A stretch of 64,000 nt of DNA from Candidatus Atribacteria bacterium (GCA_029556475.1 JAKQEP010000054.1:19898-83897), one strand, 5' to 3'. Numbered from the stretch's first letter, positions 1 through 10,461 are shown. Notes: a model not told the origin generated them from the letters alone. Program-made: numbers and translations.

Positions 1-552
1 TTTGCTGGTGAAGCCATTATTGTAACCGATGTAGGGCAGCATCAGATGTGGGCAGCTCATTATGCTCAGGTCAATTTTCCCCGCCATTTTATCTCTTCAG
101 GTGGTCTTGGGGCAATGGGATTTGGTTTTCCTGCTGCTATAGGTGCTAAAATAGGTTGCCCCGAAAAACAGGTTATTTGCATTGCGGGGGATGGAGGGTT
201 TCAAATGAATATCCAGGAGTTAGCCACTGCCATCCATAACCGTTTACCGATTATTGTACTATTAATGAATAATGGATATTTGGGAATGGTCAGACAATTA
301 CAGGAATTGTTCTGTGATAAACGATATGTTTCTACCTTACTAGCCGGTAACCCTGATTTTGTAAAAGTGGTAGAGAGTTATGGTGGTATTGGTTATCGTG
401 TTGATAAAAGAGAAGAGTTTATGCCTATATTACAAGAGGCGCATTGTAAAAATGAATTCGTGTTGATAGATTGTCACATACCTCAGGAAGAAAATATCTT
501 TCCACTGGTAAAACCCGATGCATCAATCAATCAAATGATAGGAGTTGATTAA
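1..552 (+). CDS. ilvB: acetolactate synthase large subunit, C-terminal part (5' end lies outside the window)
   Basis: Frame 1 is open from base 1 (FAGEAIIVTDVGQHQMWAAHY). TPP-binding C-terminal motifs GGLGAMGFGFPAAIGAK and IAGDGGFQMN. Overlaps ilvN by 8 nt. Confidence 0.85.
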   Translation, partial: FAGEAIIVTDVGQHQMWAAHYAQVNFPRHFISSGGLGAMGFGFPAAIGAKIGCPEKQVICIAGDGGFQMNIQELATAIHNRLPIIVLLMNNGYLGMVRQLQELFCDKRYVSTLLAGNPDFVKVVESYGGIGYRVDKREEFMPILQEAHCKNEFVLIDCHIPQEENIFPLVKPDASINQMIGVD

Positions 553-1051
553 TATGAAACATACTGTTGCAATTTTAGTAGAAGATTTGCCCGGAGTAAT
601 GGCTAGAGTAGCTAGCTTATTTACCAGGAGAGGTTTTAATATTGATAGTATTGCCGTTGGCCATTCGGAAACACCTGGAGTTTCCAGAATGACAATTATC
701 GTCAATGGTGATGAACAAGTTTTAGAACAGATTATGAAACAATTAAATAAACTAATTGATGTGATAAGAGTAAGAGATATTCCTTCAGACAGCATTATTG
801 AGAGAGAACTGGTTTTAGTCAGAGTGCATGTGGAATCATTAACAGTTCGTTCAGAAATTATTCAATTAGTGGAAATATTCAAGGCAAAAGTAGTTTATGT
901 GGAAAGGAATGCCTTAACTATTGAAATGTCAGGTGATGAAGAAAAGATAAACGGTTTACTTAATTTGTTAAAACCTTTTGGAATTAGAGAAATCGTTCGG
1001 ACGGGAATGATTGCCATAAATAAAAATAGTAAGAATGGTCTAAAACCGTAA
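545..1051 (+). CDS. ilvN: acetolactate synthase small (regulatory, ACT-domain) subunit
   Basis: 168 aa. N-terminal ACT pattern HTVAILVEDLPGVMARVASLFTRRGFNIDSIAVG. Position directly after ilvB. Confidence 0.85.
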   Translation: MINMKHTVAILVEDLPGVMARVASLFTRRGFNIDSIAVGHSETPGVSRMTIIVNGDEQVLEQIMKQLNKLIDVIRVRDIPSDSIIERELVLVRVHVESLTVRSEIIQLVEIFKAKVVYVERNALTIEMSGDEEKINGLLNLLKPFGIREIVRTGMIAINKNSKNGLKP

Positions 1052-1131
1052 ATAATATTTCGAATAATACAGAAAAAATAATTAAAATAAATTAATAAGT
1101 TCCATTATAAATTGATTAAAGGAGGTTATTT

Positions 1132-2658
1132 ATGACAGATTTAATCAGAATATTTGACACAACTTTGCGTGACGGAGAGCAATGTCCGGGAGCGTCTTTA
1201 AATACTCAGGAAAAATTAGAGATTGCCAGACATTTAGAAAAAATGAGAGTTGATGTTATCGAGGCTGGTTTCCCGATATCCTCACCAGGAGATTTTGAAG
1301 GTGTTGAAACTATTGCCAAAAATATCAAAGGACCTATTATTGCTGCATTGTGTCGGGCAGTGGAACAGGATATTAAATGTGCCTGGGATGCTATTAAATT
1401 GGCTCAAAAACCGAGAATTCACACTTTTATTGCCACCTCTCCAATTCATATGAAGCTGAAACTGGAGAAGACACCTCAAGAAGTATTAGAGCAAGCAGTA
1501 TCTGCCGTACGTTTGGCAAAGAGTTATTGCCAGGATGTAGAATTTTCTGCTGAAGATGCTAGCCGTAGCAACCCGGAGTTTTTATATCAGATATTTACCA
1601 AAACAATTGAAGCAGGGGCTACAGTAATAAATATACCAGATACTGTAGGTTATTCTCAGCCAGAAGAGTTTGCCAGTTTAATCAAGGGAATTAAAGCAAA
1701 TGTGCCAAATATTAATAAGGTGACAATGAGTGTCCACTGTCACAATGATCTGGGCTTAGCTGTGGCAAATTCTCTGGAATCCTTAAAATATGGTGTGAGA
1801 CAGATTGAATGTACTATAAATGGAATAGGAGAGAGAGCAGGTAATGCCTCACTGGAAGAGATTGTTATGGCCCTTTATACCAGAAAGGATTTTTACCAAA
1901 AATATACCAATATAGATACTGGTTATATCTATCCTACCAGTAAATTGGTCAGTCGCTTAACAGGTTTTGTAGTGCAGCCCAATAAAGCAATTGTGGGTAA
2001 GAATGCTTTTGCCCATGAGGCTGGTATACACCAGGCTGGAGTTTTAAAAGATGCTTCAACTTATGAGATTATGAGACCACAAACTATTGGTTTAGAAAGT
2101 AATCAACTGGTTTTGGGAAAACATTCGGGGAGAAATGCTTTTAAAAGCAGATTAGCTCAGCTGGGTTACGATCTGGATAAAGAAAAGTTAGATAAATCAT
2201 TTGAACAGTTTAAAGTTCTTGCTGATAAGAAGAAAGAGATATATTCTGAAGATTTGCTAGCCCTTATGTCTGAAGTTTTAGTGGAGGAAATAGCTGATAT
2301 CTATGAATTAAGTTATTTCCACATCAGTACTGGAAATAATATCCTGCCAACTGCTACTGTTAAACTGATCAGGGAAGGAAATGTTTTTGAAGATGCGGCT
2401 TGTGGAGATGGTCCGGTAGATGCTGTTTTTAATGCTATTGACCGAATTACCGGAGTAAAAGTAAAACTTTCTGATTACAATATCAGGGCTTTAACCAGAG
2501 GGAAAGATGCTCAAGGTGAAGCAGTGGTAGAGATAACAGATAATGGTTGTTCATTTATAGGGAAAAGTGCCAGTACCGATACTTTGGAAGCCAGCACAAA
2601 GGCTTACTTAAAGGCAATAAATAAAATGTTGTTACGAAACAGTTATAAAGATAAATAA
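1132..2658 (+). CDS. leuA: 2-isopropylmalate synthase
   Basis: 508 aa. IFDTTLRDGEQ, HCHNDLGLAVANS and GIGERAGNA motifs, C-terminal LeuA-dimer-like region. RBS aaaggagg upstream. Confidence 0.85.
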   Translation: MTDLIRIFDTTLRDGEQCPGASLNTQEKLEIARHLEKMRVDVIEAGFPISSPGDFEGVETIAKNIKGPIIAALCRAVEQDIKCAWDAIKLAQKPRIHTFIATSPIHMKLKLEKTPQEVLEQAVSAVRLAKSYCQDVEFSAEDASRSNPEFLYQIFTKTIEAGATVINIPDTVGYSQPEEFASLIKGIKANVPNINKVTMSVHCHNDLGLAVANSLESLKYGVRQIECTINGIGERAGNASLEEIVMALYTRKDFYQKYTNIDTGYIYPTSKLVSRLTGFVVQPNKAIVGKNAFAHEAGIHQAGVLKDASTYEIMRPQTIGLESNQLVLGKHSGRNAFKSRLAQLGYDLDKEKLDKSFEQFKVLADKKKEIYSEDLLALMSEVLVEEIADIYELSYFHISTGNNILPTATVKLIREGNVFEDAACGDGPVDAVFNAIDRITGVKVKLSDYNIRALTRGKDAQGEAVVEITDNGCSFIGKSASTDTLEASTKAYLKAINKMLLRNSYKDK

Positions 2659-2684
2659 AATGAATATAAGAAGAGGGTAGTAAA

Positions 2685-4238
2685 TTGTTAACCAGATTAG
2701 AAATAATGGATACAACATTAAGAGATGGAGAACAAATGAAGAATGTAAGTTATTCCCCTGATGAAAAACTTACATTGTCAAAAATATTACTGGAGGAAAT
2801 AAGAGTAGATAGAATTGAGGTAACAAGTGCAAAAGTTAGCAAAGGGGAAAACGATGCTGTCAGGAAAATTGTTGAGTGGGCGAACAGAAATAGATATGGA
2901 GAAAAAATTGAAGTGCTTGGATTTGTGGATATCCATGAATCTGCAGACTGGATTTCTAAACTAGAAGGGAAAGTAATAAACATTCTCAGTAAGGGGTCAT
3001 TGAAGCATTTAACAACTCAATTGAAAAAAACAAAAGAACAACATCTTAAAGAAATTAAAGAAACAATAAGGTATGCAAATAAAAAAGGTCTTATTTGTAA
3101 TATTTGGTTTGAAGATTGGTCTAACGGTATGATTGATTCACCTGATTATGTATATTTTTTACTGGACCATCTTCGTGAAGAAAATATAAAGAGGTTTATG
3201 CTACCAGATACGCTGGGAATTCTATATCCTTCCCAGGTTTATAATTTTATAAAAGAGATAATATTAAAATATCCTGGTTTACATTTCGATTTCCATGGTC
3301 ACAATGATTATGGGCTGGCTACAGCAAATACAATCGCTGCAGCTGAAGCGGGAGTAAAGGGAGTTCACTGCACAGCAAATGGAATGGGTGAAAGGGCTGG
3401 GAATGCTGCCCTGGATGAAGTAGTAGTTGGTATTAGAGATTTTTTAAAGATTGAAACCACTGTTGATGAGAAAAAGTTGTTTAATCTCAGTAAAACAGTG
3501 GAAGCATTTTCTACTTATCGGATTGCAGCAAATAAGCCAATTAGTGGAGAAAATGTATTTACCCAGACAGCTGGTATCCATGCAGATGGAGATAGGAAGG
3601 GTAATCTTTATACAAGTAAATTATTGCCAGAGAGGTTTAATAGAAAAAGGCAATATTCTTTAGGGAAGTTGAGTGGTAAATCAAATTTGGATTTTAATCT
3701 AGAAGAGATTGGTTTACAAATATCTAAAAAACAAAAAATGGATGTTTTGAACAAAATAGTTGAGTTGAGTGACAAAAAAAAGACTATCACCACTGCTGAT
3801 TTGCCCTATATTGTTTCAGATGTATTAAATACTCCAGAAGAAAATATATTTAAGCTTAAAGCATACAATATTTTGACCAGTCATTCTACCAGACCTGTTG
3901 CTACTATAAAAATGCTTTATAAAACGAATGGGAACCCAGATTTTATTGAACTGGAAGAAAGTGCACAAGGAAATGGCGGATATGATGCTTTTATGAATGC
4001 TATAAAAAAAATATTTAAAAAGATTAACCTTGATTTACCATTGTTGGTAGATTATATTATTACTATTCCACCTGGTGGCAAAACTGACTCTCTAGTACAA
4101 TGTACAATTACCTGGGAAATGGAAAATAAAAATTTTATTACAAAAGGAGTTAACTCTGACCAGGTATTGGCTGCAGTGGAAGCAACGGCAAAGATGATAA
4201 ATGTAGTTGCTTTACTTGGAAAAGAAAAATTAAAATAA
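2685..4238 (+). CDS. cimA: LeuA-family paralog, probable (R)-citramalate synthase
   Basis: 517 aa, TTG start 7 nt after GAGGG. IMDTTLRDGEQ and HGHNDYGLATANT motifs. Second LeuA-like gene in tandem with leuA, as in citramalate-pathway isoleucine operons. Substrate cannot be read from sequence alone. Confidence 0.6.
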   Translation: MLTRLEIMDTTLRDGEQMKNVSYSPDEKLTLSKILLEEIRVDRIEVTSAKVSKGENDAVRKIVEWANRNRYGEKIEVLGFVDIHESADWISKLEGKVINILSKGSLKHLTTQLKKTKEQHLKEIKETIRYANKKGLICNIWFEDWSNGMIDSPDYVYFLLDHLREENIKRFMLPDTLGILYPSQVYNFIKEIILKYPGLHFDFHGHNDYGLATANTIAAAEAGVKGVHCTANGMGERAGNAALDEVVVGIRDFLKIETTVDEKKLFNLSKTVEAFSTYRIAANKPISGENVFTQTAGIHADGDRKGNLYTSKLLPERFNRKRQYSLGKLSGKSNLDFNLEEIGLQISKKQKMDVLNKIVELSDKKKTITTADLPYIVSDVLNTPEENIFKLKAYNILTSHSTRPVATIKMLYKTNGNPDFIELEESAQGNGGYDAFMNAIKKIFKKINLDLPLLVDYIITIPPGGKTDSLVQCTITWEMENKNFITKGVNSDQVLAAVEATAKMINVVALLGKEKLK

Positions 4239-4299
4239 AACGAACAGTATTATATAGTAAGTTAAAATAAATGGAGATATAACTAAAAAGGAGGCCGCT

Positions 4300-5559
4300 T
4301 TGGGAAAATCAATAACTGAAAAAATAATTCTATCACATAGTGATAAAAAAGAATTGAAAAGAGGAGAACTGATTAAAGCAAGGATAGACTTTGCTTTTGC
4401 CAATGATATTACTGGTCCTTTAGCAATCAATGTTTTCGAAAGGATTGGTTCAAAAGAGGTTTTTGATAAAAATAAAGTAACTTTAATTGCCGATCATTTT
4501 ACCCCCAATAAGGATATAAAATCTGCGGAGCAAACCAAAGTACTTAAAGAGTTTTCGAGAGAACAAAATCTTAACTATTATGAACTTGGTCAAGTAGGAA
4601 TAGAACATGCATTGCTTCCTGAAAAAGGCCTTGTTTTACCTGGATATTTAATCATTGGTGCAGATTCTCATACCCCGACCTCTGGCGCATTAGGAGCCCT
4701 GTCAATCGGAGTTGGAAGTACGGATTTGGGTGTAGCAATGGCCACTGGAGAAGTATGGTTAAAAGTACCTGAATCAATGAAGTTTCTATATAAAGGCAAA
4801 TTGAATAAATGGGTTGGAGGAAAAGATCTTGTTCTCTATACTATTTCAAAAATAGGAGTTGATGGAGCGAATTACCGTGTTATGGAATTTGCAGGCGAAA
4901 CGATTAAAAACCTTTCGATAGATAATCGCTTTACTATGTGCAATATGGCAATTGAGGCGGGAGCAAAAAGCGGAATCATTGAAGCAGATGAGATAACCGA
5001 AGAATATCTTAAAGGAAGGGCAGAAAAGGAATATAATATTTTTAAAAGCGATCTGGATGCTGAATATGAGCAGGTAATAGAAATCAATGTTGCAGATATA
5101 GAACCACAGGTTGCTTTTCCTCATTTACCTGAAAATTGTAAAGGTATAAGCGAAGTAAAAGATATACTAATTGACCAATCTGTCATCGGTTCCTGTACCA
5201 ATGGAAGAATAGAAGATATGAGAATTGCTGCAGAAATATTAAAAAATAATAAAGTGAATAAAAGGGTAAGATTAATAATTATCCCAGCTACTCAACAAAT
5301 ATATTTGGAAGCTTTAGAAGAAGGTTTATTGAAAATATTTATTGAATCCGGAGCCATAGTTAGCCCACCAACTTGCGGCCCATGCCTTGGTGGTCATATG
5401 GGTATACTGGCAAAAGGAGAAAGAGCAATATCTACCACTAATCGTAATTTCGTTGGACGGATGGGACATCCTGAGAGTGAAATATATCTAGCCAGTCCGG
5501 CAATAGCCGCTGCTTCTGCCATTACCGGGAAAATATCCAGCCCAGAGGAGGTTATTTAG
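4300..5559 (+). CDS. leuC: 3-isopropylmalate dehydratase large subunit (aconitase family)
   Basis: 419 aa, TTG start after aaaggagg. ADSHT and CGPCLG Fe-S ligand motifs. Confidence 0.8.
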   Translation: MGKSITEKIILSHSDKKELKRGELIKARIDFAFANDITGPLAINVFERIGSKEVFDKNKVTLIADHFTPNKDIKSAEQTKVLKEFSREQNLNYYELGQVGIEHALLPEKGLVLPGYLIIGADSHTPTSGALGALSIGVGSTDLGVAMATGEVWLKVPESMKFLYKGKLNKWVGGKDLVLYTISKIGVDGANYRVMEFAGETIKNLSIDNRFTMCNMAIEAGAKSGIIEADEITEEYLKGRAEKEYNIFKSDLDAEYEQVIEINVADIEPQVAFPHLPENCKGISEVKDILIDQSVIGSCTNGRIEDMRIAAEILKNNKVNKRVRLIIIPATQQIYLEALEEGLLKIFIESGAIVSPPTCGPCLGGHMGILAKGERAISTTNRNFVGRMGHPESEIYLASPAIAAASAITGKISSPEEVI

Positions 5560-5561
5560 CT

Positions 5562-6071
5562 ATGATAATAAAGGGGAAAGTGTGGAAATTCGGGGATCAT
5601 ATAGATACAGATATAATCATTCCAGCACGTTATCTAAATACATCAGACCCTAATGAATTGGCTTTGCATTGTATGGAAGATTATGATAAAGATTTTATAA
5701 AAAATATTTCACCCGGTGACATTATTGTTGCAGGGGATAACTTTGGTTGCGGAAGCTCCAGGGAGCATGCACCAATAGCTATCAAAGAGGCAGGTGTCTC
5801 ATGTGTTATTGCTAAGTCTTTCGCAAGAATATTTTTTCGAAATGCAATCAATATAGGTTTACCCATCTTTGAATCATCAGAAACCAGTTTAGGAGCCTTA
5901 CAGGGGGATGAACTGGAAATATTTCCTGAAAAAGGTATTATAAAGAATATTACACAAAATGAGCTTTATAATACCAATCCTATGCCCATTTTTATACAGA
6001 ACCTAATTGCTTCTGGTGGGTTAGTAGAGTATACAAAAAAAGAAATTGAGAGGAGGCAAATAGAATACTAA
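5562..6071 (+). CDS. leuD: 3-isopropylmalate dehydratase small subunit
   Basis: 169 aa. [14 protein letters not shown] motif. Follows leuC by 2 nt. Confidence 0.8.
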   Translation: MIIKGKVWKFGDHIDTDIIIPARYLNTSDPNELALHCMEDYDKDFIKNISPGDIIVAGDNFGCGSSREHAPIAIKEAGVSCVIAKSFARIFFRNAINIGLPIFESSETSLGALQGDELEIFPEKGIIKNITQNELYNTNPMPIFIQNLIASGGLVEYTKKEIERRQIEY

Positions 6072-7204
6072 TGTACAATATAGCATTAATTCCTGGAGAT
6101 GGTATAGGACCAGAGGTAATCAGAGAAGGTAAAAGAATTATTGATTTTGCTTCAGAACTAAATAATGTTCAGATTAACTGGGTAGAATTTCCTTTCGGTG
6201 CCGAACATTATCTCAAAAAAGGTGAATTGTTACCGGATAGTGTTTTAGAGGAGATAAAAGGTATGGATGCAATCTATCTGGGAGCAGTTGGAGATCCTCA
6301 AGTCAAACCCGGTATCTTAGAAAAAGAGATCTTGCTAAAAATCAGATTTTCTTTAGACCAGTATATTAATTTAAGGCCTATTAGATTATTACAGGGGATT
6401 GAAAGTCCTTTGAGAAATAAAACATTTAAAAATATTAATTTTTATGTAGTTAGGGAGAATACTGAAGATTTTTATATTGGAACTGGATCGAGTTTTAAAG
6501 GTAAGGAGTATCATTCTGACCATGTTATAAAAAGAAATCTTTTTCAATCAAATATTCAAATAGACTTTCAACTTGACGGAGAGGAAGAGATCGGATATCA
6601 GCTAGGACTATTGACTCGGAAAGGGTCAGATAGAATTATTCGTTATGCCTTTGAACTGGCTGAAAAAAAAGGTCTCAGCAAAGTTTCCACTGTTGACAAG
6701 GCTAATGTTTTATCTGATATGTATGGTTTATGGAGAAGAGTTTTTAAAGATGTTTCTCGGGATTTTCCAGACATTTCAACTGATTATTATTATGTAGATG
6801 CCATGACCATGCTGATGGTTACTAATCCAGAGAGATTTCAAATTGTAGTTACTCCAAATATGTTTGGCGATATTATTACCGATTTAGGTGCGGCAATTCA
6901 AGGAGGTATAGGCATTGCCGCCAGTGCAAATATTAACCCAGAAGGAATATCAATGTTTGAACCGATTCACGGTTCTGCACCTGATATAAAAAATCAGGGT
7001 AAAGCCAATCCTATTGCTGCAATTCTAGCTGGAGCAATGATGCTCGATTCTTTAGGTGAGACGAAGATCGCATCAACAATAGAAAATGTTACCCAAGAAG
7101 TACTTAAGGAAGGAAAGATTAAGCCTATAGAATTTGGGGGAAAAGCTTCAACATCTGAGATTGGAGATGGAATTATCAAAAAACTAAAAAAATTATTGAA
7201 TTAA
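6071..7204 (+). CDS. leuB: 3-isopropylmalate dehydrogenase (isocitrate/isopropylmalate dehydrogenase family)
   Basis: 377 aa. IALIPGDGIGPEV N-terminus and NMFGDIITDLGA motif. Start overlaps the leuD stop (tAATG). Confidence 0.8.
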   Translation: MYNIALIPGDGIGPEVIREGKRIIDFASELNNVQINWVEFPFGAEHYLKKGELLPDSVLEEIKGMDAIYLGAVGDPQVKPGILEKEILLKIRFSLDQYINLRPIRLLQGIESPLRNKTFKNINFYVVRENTEDFYIGTGSSFKGKEYHSDHVIKRNLFQSNIQIDFQLDGEEEIGYQLGLLTRKGSDRIIRYAFELAEKKGLSKVSTVDKANVLSDMYGLWRRVFKDVSRDFPDISTDYYYVDAMTMLMVTNPERFQIVVTPNMFGDIITDLGAAIQGGIGIAASANINPEGISMFEPIHGSAPDIKNQGKANPIAAILAGAMMLDSLGETKIASTIENVTQEVLKEGKIKPIEFGGKASTSEIGDGIIKKLKKLLN

Positions 7205-7403
7205 CTTTTTATTTGTAAAGAGATATCGAGAAAATACAGGAAGTGAATAACGAAAATTTGTTATACCAATTTTGATGATTCCCATTAAATTATAAAAAGA
7301 AATTGAAATGAAGATGGAAATAAAAAGAAGTATTGGTTGTCATACCATATCTATTATGTCAAAAAAATCCTACTAAAATATTTTTAGACGTTTTTTACTT
7401 GAT

Positions 7404-7431
7404 TTGACAATAATATTATCGCCTGTATAAT
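7404..7431 (+). promoter_or_regulatory. near-consensus sigma70-type promoter (TTGACA, 16-nt spacer, TGtTATAAT) in a 600-bp ORF-free gap
   Basis: TTGACA at 7404-7409 and TATAAT at 7426-7431, preceded by TG at 7424-7425. Nearest downstream + strand gene starts at 7821. Confidence 0.4.
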
Positions 7432-7766
7432 ATCAGATACACACAAAAATCATACCAAAAACCTTCAGCATGTTTTTCGCTCAAAATATTGTCATTTTAA
7501 AATTTAATATTTCTGAAGCTCTAAAACAGAATCAGGAAATTGAAAAATATTGAAATGCAATACAAATATAGAGTGCCTTTATTTTACAATATCTGTTCTG
7601 GTAGATAATCCTTATAGAAAGTAAATCTTTTAAAAAATGAAAGGGGATTGCTGCCAATCACAGCTATAAATACAACATCTACATAATGAATAGATATCTG
7701 CTGCAAGAACAATTCCAAAAATATTCTCTGAATTTAATTTTCTGTTCAGATTGGCAGAAAGAAAAA

Positions 7767-7798
7767 GATGTTAAAGGACCGTCCCCTGACATGTTTTA
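7767..7798 (+). repeat. dispersed palindromic element, copy A (GATGTTAAAGGACCGTCCCCTGACATGTTTTA)
   Basis: Imperfect palindrome. Near-identical copies at 21100-21131 (opposite strand) and 30932-30958. Confidence 0.8.
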
Positions 7799-7820
7799 AA
7801 TAGTAAAGGAGGTGAATGAA

Positions 7821-8039
7821 ATGGCAAATAAAGAGGTTGATAAGGAATTGCAGGCCCAATGTCTCTGTCCGGGTTGCCCCTCTTATCTGGATTGCGGTGA
7901 CCCGCTGGCATATTGTTTGGTTGGAGAAGTAAGTAAGTGCATTAATACCAGGCAGGGGTGTATCTGTGATTCCTGCCCGGTATGGGAGAAAAAAAGGTTT
8001 GAAAATGGTTACTACTGCATCACCAAAGGGGGAGAATAG
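7821..8039 (+). CDS. small cysteine-rich protein (DUF2769-like)
   Basis: ATG at 7821 lies 8 nt after GGAGG (7808-7812); the track's GTG at 7812 overlaps the RBS. 72 aa with 10 Cys (CLCPGCPSYLDC, CICDSCP). Family name is from memory. Confidence 0.5.
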   Translation: MANKEVDKELQAQCLCPGCPSYLDCGDPLAYCLVGEVSKCINTRQGCICDSCPVWEKKRFENGYYCITKGGE

Positions 8040-8052
8040 CAAGTCTAATAAT

Positions 8053-8111
8053 GGGGTTAGGTCTCAACATTTGACATTCCTTTCTTATGTCAAATGTTGA
8101 GACCTGACCCC
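8053..8111 (+). promoter_or_regulatory. 25-bp-stem inverted repeat (hairpin, 9-nt loop) between two co-oriented genes
   Basis: GGGGTTAGGTCTCAACATTTGACAT-tcctttctt-ATGTCAAATGTTGAGACCTGACCCC. All 25 positions pair (one G-U). No T-run follows. Confidence 0.75.
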
Positions 8112-8147
8112 TAAATACATTCTTCGCAGGAATGAGGAGGAGTAAAA

Positions 8148-9785
8148 ATGGATTTTGTTCAAGAGGTTGATATTTTAGTGGTGGGCAGCGGGGCAGCAGC
8201 TTTTGCTGCCGCAATAACTGCCAAAGAAAAGGGCGCCGAGGTCATTATGCTGGAAAAGGGTTCTATTGTTGGTGGAACTACTATGCGCTCCGGAGGAGGT
8301 TTTTGGACACCAAATAACCGCTTCCAAAAAAAGATGGGAATAAGAGATGAAAAGAAGGATGCTATAAATTACATGGCTCGCCTTTCTTATCCCCAATTGT
8401 ATAATCCTGATGACCCTATGTTGGGGCTTATTAAGAACGATTTTGAATTAATAGATACCTACTATGACCGGGCACATCAGGCAGTTGAGTTTTTAGAAGA
8501 TTGTGGGGCAATTAAAACAATAAATGAGATAAACTGGACAGGGAAGCCCCAGGTGGATTATATGGACCACCTTCCAGAAAATAAAGGGGTACGGGGAAGA
8601 TGTCTCTATACCCAGAATAAGGATGGCAAACTCTCTTACGGAGGAGAATTGGTCAGGCAATTAAAAGCATGGGCAAATACAAATAATATCCCTATAATCA
8701 CCAATCATGAAGCAAAACATATTTTACGAAATGCTCAAGGCGAGGTAATAGGCCTCACAGTTTTAAAAGAGGGGAAAAATACTCTGAATTTCCGTGCCAG
8801 AAAAGCGGTGATATTTGGCAGCGGAGGCTACACCCACAACACTGAATTTATGCTGCACTTCCAGCGTGGACCTCATTTTGGAGGCTGTTCAGCGCCGACC
8901 AATAAGGGAGATTTTATCAGAATGGGTGGAGAGATAGGTGCCAAGCTGGGCAATATGGCCGGTGCCTGGAGAGCGCAGCTCATACTGGAAAATGCCATTA
9001 AATATCCTGATGGAGTTCATAATGTCTTCTACATTGGTGGTGACAGTGTTTTGGAGGTCAACAAATACGGTTTGAGGGTAATGGATGAGAAGCGTAACTA
9101 TTCTGATAGAGCTATGACTCATTTTGTATGGAATCCCCAATATGCCGAATGGACCAATATGCTGCTGTTTATGATTTTCGACCAGCGTACTGCCACTTAC
9201 TGGCAGGGCTTCACACCCTTCCCAGTTCAAGGGACAGAGGTTGAGCATATTATCACAGGAGGCAACTTTGATGAGCTGGCAGAAAACATTTCAGCAAGGT
9301 TAAAAAAATTAGCACCCCATACTGGAGGTTTTTCTCTAGATAAAAGATTTTTAGAAAATCTGAAAGATACTGTTGACAGATTCAATCGCTTTGCGGCAGC
9401 CGGGAAGGATGAAGATTTTGGTCGAGGTGAGTTTAACTATGACCGGGAATGGACTACTTTCCCACCGACCATCCCTGGAGTGGAATGGCCGCCTAAGGAT
9501 AGTCCAAACTATACTATGTATCCTTTGAGTGAAGAAGGACCTTATTATGCCGTAATTTTGGCAGCCGGAACATTGGATACCAACGGAGGTCCTATAATTA
9601 ATAAGAAAGCTCAGGTACTGGATAATTTTGATAATCCAATTCCTGGTTTATACGGAGCCGGAAACTGTATTGCCTCTCCAACTGCCAATGCCTATTGGGG
9701 AGGTGGCAGCACGATTGGTCCGGCATTGACCTATGGACATATTGCTGCCTGGAATGCAGTTACAGAACCTGTTAAACAAATTTAA
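8148..9785 (+). CDS. FAD-binding dehydrogenase, 3-ketosteroid-dehydrogenase/fumarate-reductase flavoprotein-like
   Basis: 545 aa. N-terminal dinucleotide fold VDILVVGSGAAAFAAAITAKEKGAEVIMLEKGSIVGGTTMRSGGGFW. C-terminal GLYGAGNC...GGGSTIGPALTYGHIAA. Confidence 0.7.
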   Translation: MDFVQEVDILVVGSGAAAFAAAITAKEKGAEVIMLEKGSIVGGTTMRSGGGFWTPNNRFQKKMGIRDEKKDAINYMARLSYPQLYNPDDPMLGLIKNDFELIDTYYDRAHQAVEFLEDCGAIKTINEINWTGKPQVDYMDHLPENKGVRGRCLYTQNKDGKLSYGGELVRQLKAWANTNNIPIITNHEAKHILRNAQGEVIGLTVLKEGKNTLNFRARKAVIFGSGGYTHNTEFMLHFQRGPHFGGCSAPTNKGDFIRMGGEIGAKLGNMAGAWRAQLILENAIKYPDGVHNVFYIGGDSVLEVNKYGLRVMDEKRNYSDRAMTHFVWNPQYAEWTNMLLFMIFDQRTATYWQGFTPFPVQGTEVEHIITGGNFDELAENISARLKKLAPHTGGFSLDKRFLENLKDTVDRFNRFAAAGKDEDFGRGEFNYDREWTTFPPTIPGVEWPPKDSPNYTMYPLSEEGPYYAVILAAGTLDTNGGPIINKKAQVLDNFDNPIPGLYGAGNCIASPTANAYWGGGSTIGPALTYGHIAAWNAVTEPVKQI

Positions 9786-9851
9786 GTTATTTTTTAAAGA
9801 AAATAAAAAAAGATTGTTAGAGTTTAATTAAAAAAGAAAAGGAGGAACAAA

Positions 9852-10106
9852 ATGAATCGTCTACCAGATTCAGAATTGGTAATGATACCAGGAGGTACGC
9901 TTATTACTGATACACCGGAGGAGGGACGTGCTTTAGCTATGCTGATTGCCCGTCATACTATTCACAATATACAGCCCGATCTTGATGTACTGAAAGCACA
10001 TCGTGAGGAGTATTCTACAAACCCAAATAGTCTTACTGCTGCTGCCCAGGTGGTGGCTATTGAATTCCAGACCATAGCAGCTGCCAACAACTACTGGCGT
10101 AAATAA
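9852..10106 (+). CDS. hypothetical 84-aa protein in the FAD-dehydrogenase operon
   Basis: ORF with aaaggagg RBS. No recognised motif. Confidence 0.4.
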   Translation: MNRLPDSELVMIPGGTLITDTPEEGRALAMLIARHTIHNIQPDLDVLKAHREEYSTNPNSLTAAAQVVAIEFQTIAAANNYWRK

Positions 10107-10131
10107 TAAATATTCTTTAAGGAGGTCAGAT

Positions 10132-10338
10132 ATGGGAAGTGTCTATAAAATAATTGAGATTGTTGGTACCAGCGAAAGTTCCTGGGAAGATGCAGCCAAA
10201 AATGCGCTGGACACAGCGGCAAAAACTATTCAGGATATCAGAGTTGCTGAGGTAAATAAGCTCGATATAAAGATAAGCACTGATGGTAAAATCTTTTATA
10301 GAGCAAGATTAAATGTATCCTTTAAGTACAGAACATAG
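10132..10338 (+). CDS. dodecin-family flavin-binding protein
   Basis: 68 aa. MGSVYKIIEIVGTSESSWEDAAKNAL...IRVAEV matches the dodecin pattern. aaggagg RBS. Confidence 0.7.
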   Translation: MGSVYKIIEIVGTSESSWEDAAKNALDTAAKTIQDIRVAEVNKLDIKISTDGKIFYRARLNVSFKYRT

Positions 10339-10376
10339 TTAATAATTATTCCATAATAATTGATTATCTTAAAAGC

Positions 10377-10438
10377 CAAGATTAAACAGAGTAGCCCAGG
10401 TAATTAATGTTTTACCCTGTTTACTCTGTTTAATCTTG
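10377..10438. terminator. long hairpin between convergent genes (probable bidirectional terminator)
   Basis: Perfect 17-bp arms CAAGATTAAACAGAGTA / TACTCTGTTTAATCTTG with an inner bulged stem. Lies between the stops at 10338 (+) and 10462 (-). U-tracts are weak. Confidence 0.5.
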
Positions 10439-10461
10439 ATTGATAAATAATGTTTATTATT

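Noticed and set aside
1052-1131. T-box or leucine leader upstream of leuA
   Set aside because: The 80-bp AT-rich spacer shows no specifier hairpin, T-box sequence or Leu-rich mini-ORF. Regulation probably lies upstream of ilvB, outside the window.
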